From positions 1 through 51,154 of IMG/VR virus record IMGVR_UViG_3300018946_000001: a stretch of 51,154 nt of DNA. The stretch is one strand, 5' to 3'. Source of the stretch: a virus. The position numbers and the translations under genes were made by a program. This document shows, piece by piece, positions 33,297-42,685 of this stretch (positions within the stretch are counted from its first letter, which is position 1; every line of letters begins with the position of its first letter). Below the pieces are notes generated by a model that was given only the letters and a program-made list of their open reading frames with translations, was not told the origin of the DNA and searched no databases.

Positions 33297-36200
33297 TGCC
33301 TATCACTCCTACCAATCTACTCGCAAACTATAAGGCGTGGAGTGCCACACTCACCCTAGATGGTGAGCCATACACTATCGTTGATCGGCTACCGAACCGC
33401 AGTATGGGCTTCGATCAGGCACGAAGCACCTGTAGTGTGCTGGTACGAGAGTTTCCCAACGTGGCCGCTGGTGTGCCTGCTGTGGTGAGTGTGACCCTGA
33501 ACGGACAGACAGAGACCTTCTTCACCGGCCGCGTGGCCGAGCGTCCCATTGCCGATCTGCCCCGTTCGTTTGAGGTAAGCCTGGTTGACGTACTCGGCCT
33601 CCTTGATACACCGCTTGAAGATGCGCTCACCTGGAGCAATACTGATTTCGATGATGCGGTGCGGGAAGTCCTCAACGCGGCCGGGATTGACAACAGCCAG
33701 ATTGCCAGTATCCACAACCCCGGCAGCCTGTTCAAACTCGGCCCAGTCTACGCCATTACCGTAGATGCAGGCACTACCGCACGCCAGGTGCTTGACACAC
33801 TGATGGCATTTGGCGGTACAGGCATCTTCACCTTAGCCAACGGACAAGTGCAGATCCGCGACTTCCCCGGATGGGGGAGCCCTACTGAAGACAACCCGGT
33901 CTACGCCTACGGCAGAGATGCCTCATTGGGCGAGTTCGGTATTATCTCTTCACGGCGCACGCTCGGCGGGTTCGAGGGCAGGGTTGCCCGCTTCAAAGCC
34001 TACGGCCCACAGCGCCCCGATCTGGCTATTCCTGACGCCACCTTCACGCTATCCGGTGTGACAGGTTCCACCGTTGAAGAAGCGTATGAGTTCATCCAGA
34101 CCGATGCCACGGCTGGTGCGGTCGCTGAGCGAGATATTGTACGTCGAAATCACAATTACACGCCCGTCGATGTAACAGCACCATCGAATCCGCTTTTGCT
34201 TCCCGGTGACGACCTGTGGTTTCGTAATACTATTCTGGGTTATACGGCAAACACGGCGGCCATCGTTCGTGGCACAAACATCAACGATGTGACCATGACT
34301 CTGAGTCTAGGTGTCGGCGGCGAGCCAGCCGCTGGCGATGTGGAGTTCACGCCGCCGCCAGTGGCATCGTTTGAACTGCTCTACGAACGTGAGCCGATCG
34401 TATTGGCAGGCGTGCCCACGCTGCACACCGTCGTGCAGGCCAAGAGCACTGCCAGCGACCCTAGCGGCTTTGGCATTGTTGCTATTGCCTGGACCGCCAC
34501 CGCCACCGAGATCAACGGCAGTGCAGCAGTGAGTCCACAGTCGGCCAGTTGGAACTTGCCGGGCGTGGGCGAGCCCGCCGATGACACGGGCAAGAACCCC
34601 GTGTTTGTGTTCAAGCATTTGGATGGCGCGGCTATCACCATGACCGTCACCAGCGCCAGCGGAGAGGGCCACACCACAACGCAGACGCTCACGCCCACTG
34701 ATGCCGAGGTGTTCACACGATCCTTGAGTGTGGCGGCGGGCAGTGCCGGATGGAAGGTGCTTGCAGGCACCACGGGATGGCGCACGTTTGCCGGTGGCAC
34801 CTGTACGGCGGTGCCACGGATCAACGATTCAGGACCGATGATCGCCGGGTTCTCGAACGGGAAGCTCTACCAAACCGAGGATCTGTTAGCGACGACGCCA
34901 ATCCTGGTCTACGATTTCGAGTCATCCATTAGCTGCCTGTTCATCAACGAAGGCACTGGTACGATATGGCTTGCGGGCATTGGCTCCACCCTGTGGCGCA
35001 CTGACGATGCGGGCGCGACGTGGGGCATTGTCGATACCTTCCCTGGCGGCATTACGTATGCTGAGAGCAGCCCCGACAACCCCGACGAGATCCGCGTCTG
35101 TGCAGGTGACACACTGTGGATCGCCCTCGATGGCGGCACGTTTGTGGAAGAAATCGTTGGGCCGGAGGACTCCAAGGCTGAGGGGTTTGCGTCCGCACCG
35201 TGGGGGCACGCCGTCGTGTTCAGCGGCGATGCCCTCTTGCCCGCCGATCTGGTTGCGTTTGAGGAAGCGGGACTCACGGTTGACTGGTCTGGGGTGCCTG
35301 TTGGCGACCGGCCAACCGAACTAACGGCTATCACGGCGCTGCTGAACGTGGCCGGGTTTCTTGTCGCCGCTGGTGCAGCCAAAGACATCATTCGCGACGG
35401 GATCTATTCGGAGCTTGGCTATGCCGCAATCAGCGGGACCGAGAGCGCTATCTACAAATTGGTGCTGAATGGCATGGTGTTCGTTGCTTCGTTGCTTGCA
35501 AAAAGCACAGTCACAGGCGCACACAAGATTACAACCACCGGCGGGGCGTTCCAAATTGACACCGTGGCCGCAACGCAGATCGGCTATGGCGGGTGGGTAA
35601 ACCTGCCATTCCCGCCTGAGATGATCGTTGTGCCTGCGAGTAACAATGTCTTCTTGCACTACCGTCCGGGCGTGGGCTTCACCACCGGAACGATGCCTAT
35701 CACCGGGGGATGGTCCGGCGTGGTGATCAACCCAGTCAAGCAAAACGAGTGGATCGCGTGGATCGAAGGGGCGCTCTTTTTCGGCACGGATATTCTTGCA
35801 CGGGCGTTCTTGACTCGTAACAGCGGTGCAAGCTGGGTTGAAATCACCGAGCTTGGCACGCCCTACGGCGACGGGAAAGTAATCAACAGCGTTGCGTGGG
35901 CGGGCATCGGAAGCCAATGGATGATGACCCAGCGACGCCAGGACGAATCAAACGACCGCTACCACGCGCTGAACTATCGCGGTGACGGCATAGGACTGCT
36001 TGACACCACCTACCAAACCACGGGTACGGGGGGCTTTGCAAATGCCGCAGCTGCAACTACGTATCATTTGGTTGCTGGTTTGGCAGGTGAGATGGTGGGG
36101 CGGCGTTCCACCGTGTTGACCTGGCGCACATTCGCGGCAGGCACAGCGGACGCCGTAGACCTGTACGACAGCCCGATGATTCCGCAGTATGTTATTCCTG

Positions 36201-36577
36201 GCACACGACAACTCATTGCTATCCTGAATAGCAACATCGGCTACACGGCAAACTACAGCACAACCGCTCCCGCACCGATTGTCTCGGGCGGCGGCAGTTC
36301 GGCAGTGTGGGTCGCGGATGGCGTGTACGTCGGCGGCGCAACGGATGGTATCAAACGAATAACCGATCTCCTGGGTACGCCGGTGGTGTCAACTGTTGCG
36401 GCGGCAGGGCTAACCGTTGGCCCAGTTCAAGCAGGACCGAAGCGGATCGCAGTGGGGGCATTGGCGGGGGCGGGGGGCTACACACACATCTACGGCTACA
36501 ACGGGACAACCTGGGCAAGCGTGGCGCTGCCGGGGGGGTACACCTACGGCAATGCCTACGCAATGATCGAGCCATAA
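33296..36577 (+). CDS. Large tail-tip/baseplate protein with Asp-box (BNR)-like beta-propeller repeats
   Basis: 1093 aa. RTDDAGATW, NSGASW and LDGGTF resemble SxDxGxTW Asp-boxes. Confidence 0.65.
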   Translation: MPITPTNLLANYKAWSATLTLDGEPYTIVDRLPNRSMGFDQARSTCSVLVREFPNVAAGVPAVVSVTLNGQTETFFTGRVAERPIADLPRSFEVSLVDVLGLLDTPLEDALTWSNTDFDDAVREVLNAAGIDNSQIASIHNPGSLFKLGPVYAITVDAGTTARQVLDTLMAFGGTGIFTLANGQVQIRDFPGWGSPTEDNPVYAYGRDASLGEFGIISSRRTLGGFEGRVARFKAYGPQRPDLAIPDATFTLSGVTGSTVEEAYEFIQTDATAGAVAERDIVRRNHNYTPVDVTAPSNPLLLPGDDLWFRNTILGYTANTAAIVRGTNINDVTMTLSLGVGGEPAAGDVEFTPPPVASFELLYEREPIVLAGVPTLHTVVQAKSTASDPSGFGIVAIAWTATATEINGSAAVSPQSASWNLPGVGEPADDTGKNPVFVFKHLDGAAITMTVTSASGEGHTTTQTLTPTDAEVFTRSLSVAAGSAGWKVLAGTTGWRTFAGGTCTAVPRINDSGPMIAGFSNGKLYQTEDLLATTPILVYDFESSISCLFINEGTGTIWLAGIGSTLWRTDDAGATWGIVDTFPGGITYAESSPDNPDEIRVCAGDTLWIALDGGTFVEEIVGPEDSKAEGFASAPWGHAVVFSGDALLPADLVAFEEAGLTVDWSGVPVGDRPTELTAITALLNVAGFLVAAGAAKDIIRDGIYSELGYAAISGTESAIYKLVLNGMVFVASLLAKSTVTGAHKITTTGGAFQIDTVAATQIGYGGWVNLPFPPEMIVVPASNNVFLHYRPGVGFTTGTMPITGGWSGVVINPVKQNEWIAWIEGALFFGTDILARAFLTRNSGASWVEITELGTPYGDGKVINSVAWAGIGSQWMMTQRRQDESNDRYHALNYRGDGIGLLDTTYQTTGTGGFANAAAATTYHLVAGLAGEMVGRRSTVLTWRTFAAGTADAVDLYDSPMIPQYVIPGTRQLIAILNSNIGYTANYSTTAPAPIVSGGGSSAVWVADGVYVGGATDGIKRITDLLGTPVVSTVAAAGLTVGPVQAGPKRIAVGALAGAGGYTHIYGYNGTTWASVALPGGYTYGNAYAMIEP

Positions 36578-36579
36578 CT

Positions 36580-37875
36580 ATGTCAGAAGTACGTTGGCAC
36601 AAACTACTCAAGGCGGTCCATGACACCGCAAGCGATGTGGCAAATCAATCCGGCTCGGCCGCACTAAAGAATGCCGTACGTGCGGCCACGGACAAGATAG
36701 CTGAACACAACGCGCTACGCTCGGCACACGGCGCGGGGCCAGATCATGTGCTCGCCAGGACCAGGAACCCCAATGGGTATCCAAAATGGACGGAAATAGA
36801 CGGTCGGCCATCGATCCCCACCGAAGGCGGCATCAACGCCGACGACATCAATGCGGGTACGGTGGGGCTTCCGTTTTATCATCCCGATGTGGTATTGACC
36901 GACGACCCACGGCTGCAAGGTACGCCGCGTCTGGTGGGTGTGGCGTTGAACGCAGGACACTACGTCGGTGTGTACATCGACGGTGGCGTGTCGAAGATTC
37001 GCCCCGCTATCGCCTCAACCAGCCCGATCCCGGCCATCGGCTACGTGACCACATCAGCAGTACCGGGCGACACGGTGTTTGTCAATGAAGACGGACTCAA
37101 TGTGTTCGCAGTCTTGACCGCCACAGCGGGCGATATTGCCGATCCGGTCTATCTTTCGCCCACCACGGCGGGGGCGACCACCCTGACGATGCCCACCACG
37201 GTGGGGCAAATCGTACAGACGCTGGGCGCGGTTCACGCCGCCGACGGTAGCGGTACAAGCACAGTAGACACCAATATTGGAACGCCCCGCCTGATCGGTA
37301 CTGATCTCGATGCCTACAACGGCAAAGTCGTCAATGTTGCTACGGGCATTGCTGGCACCGATGCGGTCAACAAGGCGCAGATGGACTTGGCGATTGCAGC
37401 CCTCGGCGGATCGGCCATTGCCACCGGGTACGTGCTGCTGGTGGACAGCAAGCCAAGCGGAACAGACGGCGGCACCTTCACCAGTGGTGCATGGCGCACA
37501 CGTACGCTGAATGTAAAGCGGGCCGACACAGCAGGCATCTGCACGCTGAGCAGCAACGAGTTTACCCTGCCTGCGGGCCTGTATTTTATTGACGCCAGTG
37601 CGGAAGCCTACACCGTGCTACGACATCAACTACGACTCTACGATGTGACCAATGCAACCGTGCTCGCAAGCGGCACAAGTGCGTATGCCGCATCAGGACC
37701 GATCAGTAATCGGTCGTTTATGTCCGAGCCCTTCACGCTCATTGGCACAACCACCTTGCGGCTAGAGCACCGCTGTGAAACAACCGCTGCAACTGTCGGA
37801 TTCGGCATCGCAACCGGTATGGCGTTCGCGGTGAGCGAGGAGCTGTACAGTATCGTCAAGATTACGCTTTTCTAG
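36580..37875 (+). CDS. Tail fibre protein
   Basis: ATG 3 nt after the upstream stop. GKVVNVATGIAGTDAVNKAQMD fibre motif. The track ORF start at 36307 overlaps the previous gene. Confidence 0.6.
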   Translation: MSEVRWHKLLKAVHDTASDVANQSGSAALKNAVRAATDKIAEHNALRSAHGAGPDHVLARTRNPNGYPKWTEIDGRPSIPTEGGINADDINAGTVGLPFYHPDVVLTDDPRLQGTPRLVGVALNAGHYVGVYIDGGVSKIRPAIASTSPIPAIGYVTTSAVPGDTVFVNEDGLNVFAVLTATAGDIADPVYLSPTTAGATTLTMPTTVGQIVQTLGAVHAADGSGTSTVDTNIGTPRLIGTDLDAYNGKVVNVATGIAGTDAVNKAQMDLAIAALGGSAIATGYVLLVDSKPSGTDGGTFTSGAWRTRTLNVKRADTAGICTLSSNEFTLPAGLYFIDASAEAYTVLRHQLRLYDVTNATVLASGTSAYAASGPISNRSFMSEPFTLIGTTTLRLEHRCETTAATVGFGIATGMAFAVSEELYSIVKITLF

Positions 37876-37883
37876 GAGCACCA

Positions 37884-38135
37884 ATGAATAAAGAAGCATT
37901 TGTTGTCGAGTTACAGCAGTCCGCTGCGGTCTTTCTTGCCGCTGTACACCGGCTGCGGGCCATACAGACACAGTACAACGCCCTGGACCTCGGCAGCATT
38001 ATCACCGACGCCGATATGCCAGCCGAGAGCGGGTTAACAGCGGCGGATGTCATTGCCGCAATGTCCAGCATTGCGGCGGTTGAGGCACTGCTTGTGCAAG
38101 GCCATAACACAAATCTCTACAAGCTAAAGGCATAG
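37884..38135 (+). CDS. Small protein after fibre 1 (possible assembly factor)
   Basis: 83 aa. Weak resemblance to 40018-40308. Confidence 0.4.
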   Translation: MNKEAFVVELQQSAAVFLAAVHRLRAIQTQYNALDLGSIITDADMPAESGLTAADVIAAMSSIAAVEALLVQGHNTNLYKLKA

Positions 38136-38138
38136 TGT

Positions 38139-39320
38139 ATGGCTACACGCACGCTTACAACCATTGTTCATCGCCAGCAAGACACCGAGTGGGTTGATGC
38201 CCCCGTGCAGGTTTCCCGCCTCGACGGTTTTGTGGAGGCTGGTATCACCTACCCGCCAGATATACGCAATTTTGTTGCTGGCAACAACGGCACGGTTGTG
38301 ATGGTGCTGACGGTGCCAGCGACCGGCACGGTGCGGTATCAGTTTCGCTATCCGAGTCGCTGGGGGCCGACCCTGAACATCGGCGCGGGGGCAGATACCA
38401 CCGTTGAGGCGCTGCACGTCGCAGCAATCGAAGCGGGCGAGATCGAGTACCTACAGGAGCTGATCAACGCGGTGATTGCTACCATTGGGGGTGGTAGCGG
38501 CGGGGCACCATCCGGCCCAGCAGGCGGCGTGCTCGCTGGCACCTATCCCGACCCCACCTTTGCCGCTGATATGGCAACACGGGTGGAGTTAAACACGGAG
38601 GCGAGCGCCAGGGCTGCCGCTGATACAGTACTTGCCACCGCCATAGCCGACGAAGCCACTGCACGGACGGCGGGTGACGCCACGCTCACAAGCGCAATAA
38701 CGAGCGAGGCAACCGCGCGGCAGAACGCCGACGCAGCGCTGACGACACTGGCAGGCGAAAAGCTAGCAAAAGCCAGCAACCTCAGCGACCTACAGGATGT
38801 CCCAGCAGCTCGCACAGCCCTCGGCCTCGGCACGGCGGCGACACAGGCGAGCGGGGCGTTTGAAGCAAGCGGGGCCGTAACGATCCACAATGCCGATACG
38901 GCAGCACACGGACAGACAGCGGCGGGGCGAGCGATCCTCACCGCCGCAGACTACGCCGCCATGCGAACGCTGCTTAATCTGGACAACCTCTATCAACCAT
39001 TGGAAGTTATGAAAACAACAACGACCGCCATCTTGACCACCAATACACAGTATGCAAGTCAGGTTGTCGCTGCCGTACCAGGACAAAGTATCTACGTGGT
39101 GGCGTACGAAATCAGTGTGAATGGCGATGTGAACGTTAAGTTCCAATCAGCCGCAACAGACATCAGCGTATTGTTCTATGGCAAAACCGCAGGCAATGGT
39201 AAGGTCGTTTCGAGTAATGCGCCATATTACTGGTTCAAGACCGCCGTAAGCGAAGCACTCAATGTACACCTGTCGGCAGCCGTGGCAACCAGTGTACAAG
39301 TTGTCTATTACGCGGAGTAA
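38139..39320 (+). CDS. Tail fibre protein 2
   Basis: Repeats EASARAAADTVLATAIADEATARTAGDATLTSAITSEATARQNADAAL, then NLSDLQDVPAARTALGLG. Confidence 0.6.
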   Translation: MATRTLTTIVHRQQDTEWVDAPVQVSRLDGFVEAGITYPPDIRNFVAGNNGTVVMVLTVPATGTVRYQFRYPSRWGPTLNIGAGADTTVEALHVAAIEAGEIEYLQELINAVIATIGGGSGGAPSGPAGGVLAGTYPDPTFAADMATRVELNTEASARAAADTVLATAIADEATARTAGDATLTSAITSEATARQNADAALTTLAGEKLAKASNLSDLQDVPAARTALGLGTAATQASGAFEASGAVTIHNADTAAHGQTAAGRAILTAADYAAMRTLLNLDNLYQPLEVMKTTTTAILTTNTQYASQVVAAVPGQSIYVVAYEISVNGDVNVKFQSAATDISVLFYGKTAGNGKVVSSNAPYYWFKTAVSEALNVHLSAAVATSVQVVYYAE

Positions 39321-39323
39321 GCG

Positions 39324-40004
39324 ATGCTACGAGGTGTCAGTAACATCCCGATCTTGTTCGGCAATCCATTATCTGTTCCCGTCGCCGTACACTGGAAACT
39401 CGAAGAAGGCAGCGGAAACCGTCTGCCGAGTGCCGGGAGCAGCGTGTTCACCGCAGCGGGTGGTCCGCTGCCGGGCAATGCCACCGGCAAGATCGGCAGC
39501 GCGGTGAGCATTGCCAGTGGGGGGCGATTAACAACCCCTGACGCTGCCAATCTGCGCTTGCGCTTGGGATTCAGTGTTTCATTTTGGGCGTACCCGACGA
39601 CAAGCGCAGCGAGTGTACCACTAGGGAAAGATCGCAGCGCGGGGCGAGAGTGGATTTTTTACCAGCAGAGCAATCAGCTCTTCTTTGCCGTGTTCAACAC
39701 GGTCGGCGGGTTCGTGCAACCAATAGCAAGCGGATGGACCGCAAACACATGGCATCACGCGGTCGGCACTGTTGACAGCGGTGGTGCAGTACGGATCTAC
39801 ATTGACGGGGTATTGGCCGCAGGGCCAACATCCTTATCAGGGACACCGGCAACAACCACAACAGAGCTATGGCTTGGCAATCGCCAAGAGAACGATCTGC
39901 CCTGGGCAGGACAGATCGATGAGCTTTCAATCATTCACGGCACACTCACACAGACAGATGTAACAACACTCTATAACAACGGGGCGGGCATCGCCCTCTA
40001 CTAA
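39324..40004 (+). CDS. LamG/concanavalin-A-like lectin-domain protein
   Basis: FSVSFWAYP...WHHAVGTVDSGGAVRIYIDG...LWLGNR...WAGQIDELSI. Confidence 0.6.
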   Translation: MLRGVSNIPILFGNPLSVPVAVHWKLEEGSGNRLPSAGSSVFTAAGGPLPGNATGKIGSAVSIASGGRLTTPDAANLRLRLGFSVSFWAYPTTSAASVPLGKDRSAGREWIFYQQSNQLFFAVFNTVGGFVQPIASGWTANTWHHAVGTVDSGGAVRIYIDGVLAAGPTSLSGTPATTTTELWLGNRQENDLPWAGQIDELSIIHGTLTQTDVTTLYNNGAGIALY

Positions 40005-40017
40005 AGGAGACACCACC

Positions 40018-40308
40018 ATGGCCTCGAACCGCATCCCCGTGAACACATCCGCCACCACGACGGCCCAGCAGTTCGCCAACGTCCTCACCCAGCTCCAGCA
40101 GGTACAGGACGACGTGATCAACCTGTTTGACATCGGTGAACAGGCAGCGGCCGGTGGAGATTTCGCCGCGTTCAACGACCTGATCATCGGCGGCGGCGTG
40201 CCTGCTGGCGTCAACGCTGACACGGTGTACAACCTGCTGGCTGGCCTCAAGGCCGCGCTGACCAGCAGCGCCGTCACCGAGCCGATCAACCGGATGGGCA
40301 CGCGGTAG
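40018..40308 (+). CDS. Small hypothetical protein, last gene of the tail block
   Basis: AAAGGAG RBS. 96 aa. Confidence 0.45.
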   Translation: MASNRIPVNTSATTTAQQFANVLTQLQQVQDDVINLFDIGEQAAAGGDFAAFNDLIIGGGVPAGVNADTVYNLLAGLKAALTSSAVTEPINRMGTR

Positions 40309-40326
40309 TTACCTTGTCACCTTGTC

Positions 40327-40366
40327 ACACACACAGTCCGGGCCATTGCGCCCGGGCTGTGTGTGT
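40327..40366 (+). terminator. Terminator of the structural operon
   Basis: 17-bp stem ACACACACAGTCCGGGC / GCCCGGGCTGTGTGTGT (one G-U pair), 6-nt loop. Preceded by the tandem repeat ACCTTGTC ACCTTGTC. Confidence 0.65.
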
Positions 40367-40407
40367 CTATGTATCTGACACTAGTTAGGCGATATAATGG
40401 TGAGACT

Positions 40408-40698
40408 ATGGATGAAAACGAAAAGAAACTAGCAGTGTATCTCTGTTCGGTTGTCAATCAGGGATGTGTTCAGCCGCATACCGCTGTGTTCGCATGGTTT
40501 TTGTGGAAGGCGCTTCGCAGTACCGTGCGTATGCCGAATGTTGCCCCCGGCCCTAATGGGCAACTACTGCTCATGTGGAATACAGGCCCACACCACCTAG
40601 AAGCTGAGATATTCCCCGATGGCACTGTAGAATATTTCTATATTCACCATGACACAAACAGAATGGTTGAGGCAACAGTGCCAATAATGAACCACTAG
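40408..40698 (+). CDS. Hypothetical protein (AT-richer moron)
   Basis: ORF open from 40363. The ATG at 40408 follows GGTGAG. Confidence 0.4.
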   Translation: MDENEKKLAVYLCSVVNQGCVQPHTAVFAWFLWKALRSTVRMPNVAPGPNGQLLLMWNTGPHHLEAEIFPDGTVEYFYIHHDTNRMVEATVPIMNH

Positions 40699-40742
40699 CT
40701 GGTTAGGCATCAGGAAGCGCAACACGGATCGGCGGCGAGTTG

Positions 40743-41516
40743 TTACTTCATTGCGGCAACAAACATATCTGCCGCCTGTCCCATTCTTCGATCACAACGC
40801 ATAAAAACAAGCTGTGCAGTGTCGAGATCTCCATCACCTTTTATCATAGCGCTTACAGAATCAATACAGGTATTTGTTGCCTCGACAAGCGCATCGTGCG
40901 CATCAGTATACGCAGAAGGCACATTTGTAATTGCCACAAGGTTACGATATGACTGCCGCAGCACAGACTGCTCCAGTTCCACATCTTGAGACCAATTAGC
41001 ACTACGGGTGCTCTTCGTAGCTGCCTCTATGTCTTCCAGTGCGCTTTGTATCTGTGTGATCTCAGGGCGTATAAGATCAAGATACGGATTCCCCTTTGTT
41101 GCTATCGGCTGTTCTGTATTGTTGCCTATAACCACAACTATTACCAGCACGCCAATGATACCAAGTACCGCAGACAATACGAGCACAAGTCCGTTTCTTT
41201 TTCGCTTTGGCCGAGCTAGGATCACCGTTGTAGCCGCTACCACTGGCGCAACAGACGCTTCAAGCAGCGGTGAGCGTGTGCCACCAGGGCCGAGTTGCTG
41301 AAGCCTTTTGGTGGCCGCTGGGCTGCCTGGATGAGCAGCCAGCACTTGTAGCAGACAATAGCGCCGCTCTTCGGGCGCTGTGATGACAGAGGAGAGCCAA
41401 AGCCATGCGGTGGCATCGCTCGCATCGGCCTGCACCGCGGCTAGTAACAACGTGCGAGCCTGGGCCACATCGCCGTTTTTTGCAGCGGCAATACCAGCTT
41501 CTGTCTGATTGGGCAT
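40743..41516 (-). CDS. Single-pass membrane protein with an N-terminal TPR-like cytoplasmic domain
   Basis: GGGAG RBS 7 nt before the ATG at 41516. GDVAQARTLLLAAVQADASDATAWLWLS...PEERRYCL. TM segment LVLVLSAVLGIIGVLVIVVVI. Confidence 0.6.
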   Translation of the reverse strand: MPNQTEAGIAAAKNGDVAQARTLLLAAVQADASDATAWLWLSSVITAPEERRYCLLQVLAAHPGSPAATKRLQQLGPGGTRSPLLEASVAPVVAATTVILARPKRKRNGLVLVLSAVLGIIGVLVIVVVIGNNTEQPIATKGNPYLDLIRPEITQIQSALEDIEAATKSTRSANWSQDVELEQSVLRQSYRNLVAITNVPSAYTDAHDALVEATNTCIDSVSAMIKGDGDLDTAQLVFMRCDRRMGQAADMFVAAMK

Positions 41517-41652
41517 AGAAAACTCCCGTGTGCTTCCAATGTTGGGGAGTCTACTACGGCAGCGTACCACGCTGTTACCAAATCCTTACCAGCTATCACA
41601 AGCGGTAGTATGAACTTTCAGTTATCTCGGTTAAAAGGTGAAACATAAACCA

Positions 41653-41681
41653 TTGACATTTATAGCACTATACAGTAGTAT
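41653..41681 (+). promoter_or_regulatory. Near-consensus orphan promoter
   Basis: TTGACA, 17 nt, TAGTAT, in a roughly 480-bp stretch without convincing long ORFs. Confidence 0.55.
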
Positions 41682-41795
41682 CTTTATCCGAAGCAGTGTT
41701 TTTGTAAGTAATCTTTCGTCTTCCCCGCTCCTTGTTCGAGCACCCACGCGGCCACGAAAAGCCGCATTGGACTCTAGAAACAAGGGGCTTTTTGT

Positions 41796-42134
41796 ATGGT
41801 CCGTTTGTATGGGGTGTACTACGTCAACGTTGCCATTACGCTGTTGCTGCCATTTGTCATTTGCACCTTCTGGACAGCCGTACTATTGGCTACGTCCGGC
41901 GCGTTACTCCACATGCACCGTTGGCGACAGGGCAACAAGATCCTGGCCCACAAGCTCACTCAAGAGCGGGCTTCAGTGTGGGATCAAGTAACGACTATGT
42001 GTGATTCTGGTCCCGCATCTTACGCGCAAACTCTAGCAGATCAGCTCGCTGTTGAGGGGTTAGATCAGCAAGGAATTGCAGTTGCTCAGGGGTTAGAATC
42101 GAACCGGGAGCGTTCCGTAGGTCAACGGTATTAA
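41796..42134 (+). CDS. Candidate small two-TM protein. Its 3' part is antisense to the repressor gene
   Basis: MVRLYGVYYVNVAITLLLPFVICTFWTAVLLATSGALL. AAGGGG lies 8 nt upstream. Only the first roughly 70 codons look protein-like. Confidence 0.3.
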   Translation: MVRLYGVYYVNVAITLLLPFVICTFWTAVLLATSGALLHMHRWRQGNKILAHKLTQERASVWDQVTTMCDSGPASYAQTLADQLAVEGLDQQGIAVAQGLESNRERSVGQRY

Positions 42135-42381
42135 TCTTAAACCCACAGAGTTCTACCAAATAACCAAGCGACACATTGAAAACCTGGGCTAACCTGTCCA
42201 GGTTTTCCAATACCGGCACTTTTGTCTTTCCTTCAACCATAGACTGTAAAGCGGTTTTGGATATACCAGTGTAATCTTCAAGTTGGCGCATTGTCCATCC
42301 GCGCTGCTCTCGCGCTTGCCGAATGAACGCTGCTAGTTTGTTTTCCATTGGTGTTGTCATTCTTGGCAATACCCACTGCAT
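41995..42381 (-). CDS. CI-like XRE-family repressor
   Basis: AGGAG 8 nt before the ATG at 42381. IRQAREQRGWTMRQLEDYTGISKTALQSMVEGK. Divergent from an RHH gene across a palindromic operator. Confidence 0.8.
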   Translation of the reverse strand: MQWVLPRMTTPMENKLAAFIRQAREQRGWTMRQLEDYTGISKTALQSMVEGKTKVPVLENLDRLAQVFNVSLGYLVELCGFKINTVDLRNAPGSILTPEQLQFLADLTPQQRADLLEFARKMRDQNHT

Positions 42382-42401
42382 AAACACTTCTCCTATTTAT
42401 T

Positions 42402-42430
42402 AGTATAAACCTCTTAATAACTCTTGACAA
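42402..42430 (-). promoter_or_regulatory. Repressor-gene promoter
   Basis: On the minus strand: TTGTCA, 17 nt, TATACT. Confidence 0.55.
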
Positions 42431-42440
42431 GAGTTATTAA
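42414..42440. promoter_or_regulatory. 27-bp perfect palindromic operator
   Basis: TTAATAACTCTTG-A-CAAGAGTTATTAA. Its centre carries both -35 hexamers. Confidence 0.75.
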
Positions 42441-42451
42441 CTTGATATAAT
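42424..42451 (+). promoter_or_regulatory. Rightward early promoter
   Basis: TTGACA, 16 nt, TATAAT. Confidence 0.65.
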
Positions 42452-42487
42452 TGGTCTATCAGTAGTACAAAGAAAGTAGACCATCCA

Positions 42488-42685
42488 ATGCGTGTCATCA
42501 CCATAAACCTGGAAGACCATCAGGTTACGAAGGCTGAAGCAATCGCTGAGTACCTTACTCTACGCAAAGGTGTCAAGGTAAGCAGATCGGCGGCAATTGG
42601 GATTGCCATTGATTCTTTTCGGTTGCCCAAACGGTCTACGGGTAGTACACTGTCTGAGGACCAAGATAGTTCTACTGGTAAATAA
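42488..42685 (+). CDS. Cro-position ribbon-helix-helix-like protein
   Basis: VITINLEDHQVTKAEAIAEYL...VSRSAAIGIAIDSF. Confidence 0.5.
   Translation: MRVITINLEDHQVTKAEAIAEYLTLRKGVKVSRSAAIGIAIDSFRLPKRSTGSTLSEDQDSSTGK

Noticed and set aside
36307-36579. Upstream extension of the tail-fibre ORF (track start 36307).
   Set aside because: It fully overlaps the 3' end of the 1093-aa gene in another frame and reads as G/R-rich shadow. The ATG at 36580, right after the upstream stop, is the sensible start.
40375-40398. TATAAT at 40393-40398 as a promoter for the 40408 gene.
   Set aside because: The only TTGACA-like hexamer (CTGACA, 40375-40380) is 12 nt away, which is too close. No acceptable -35 lies at 16-18 nt.
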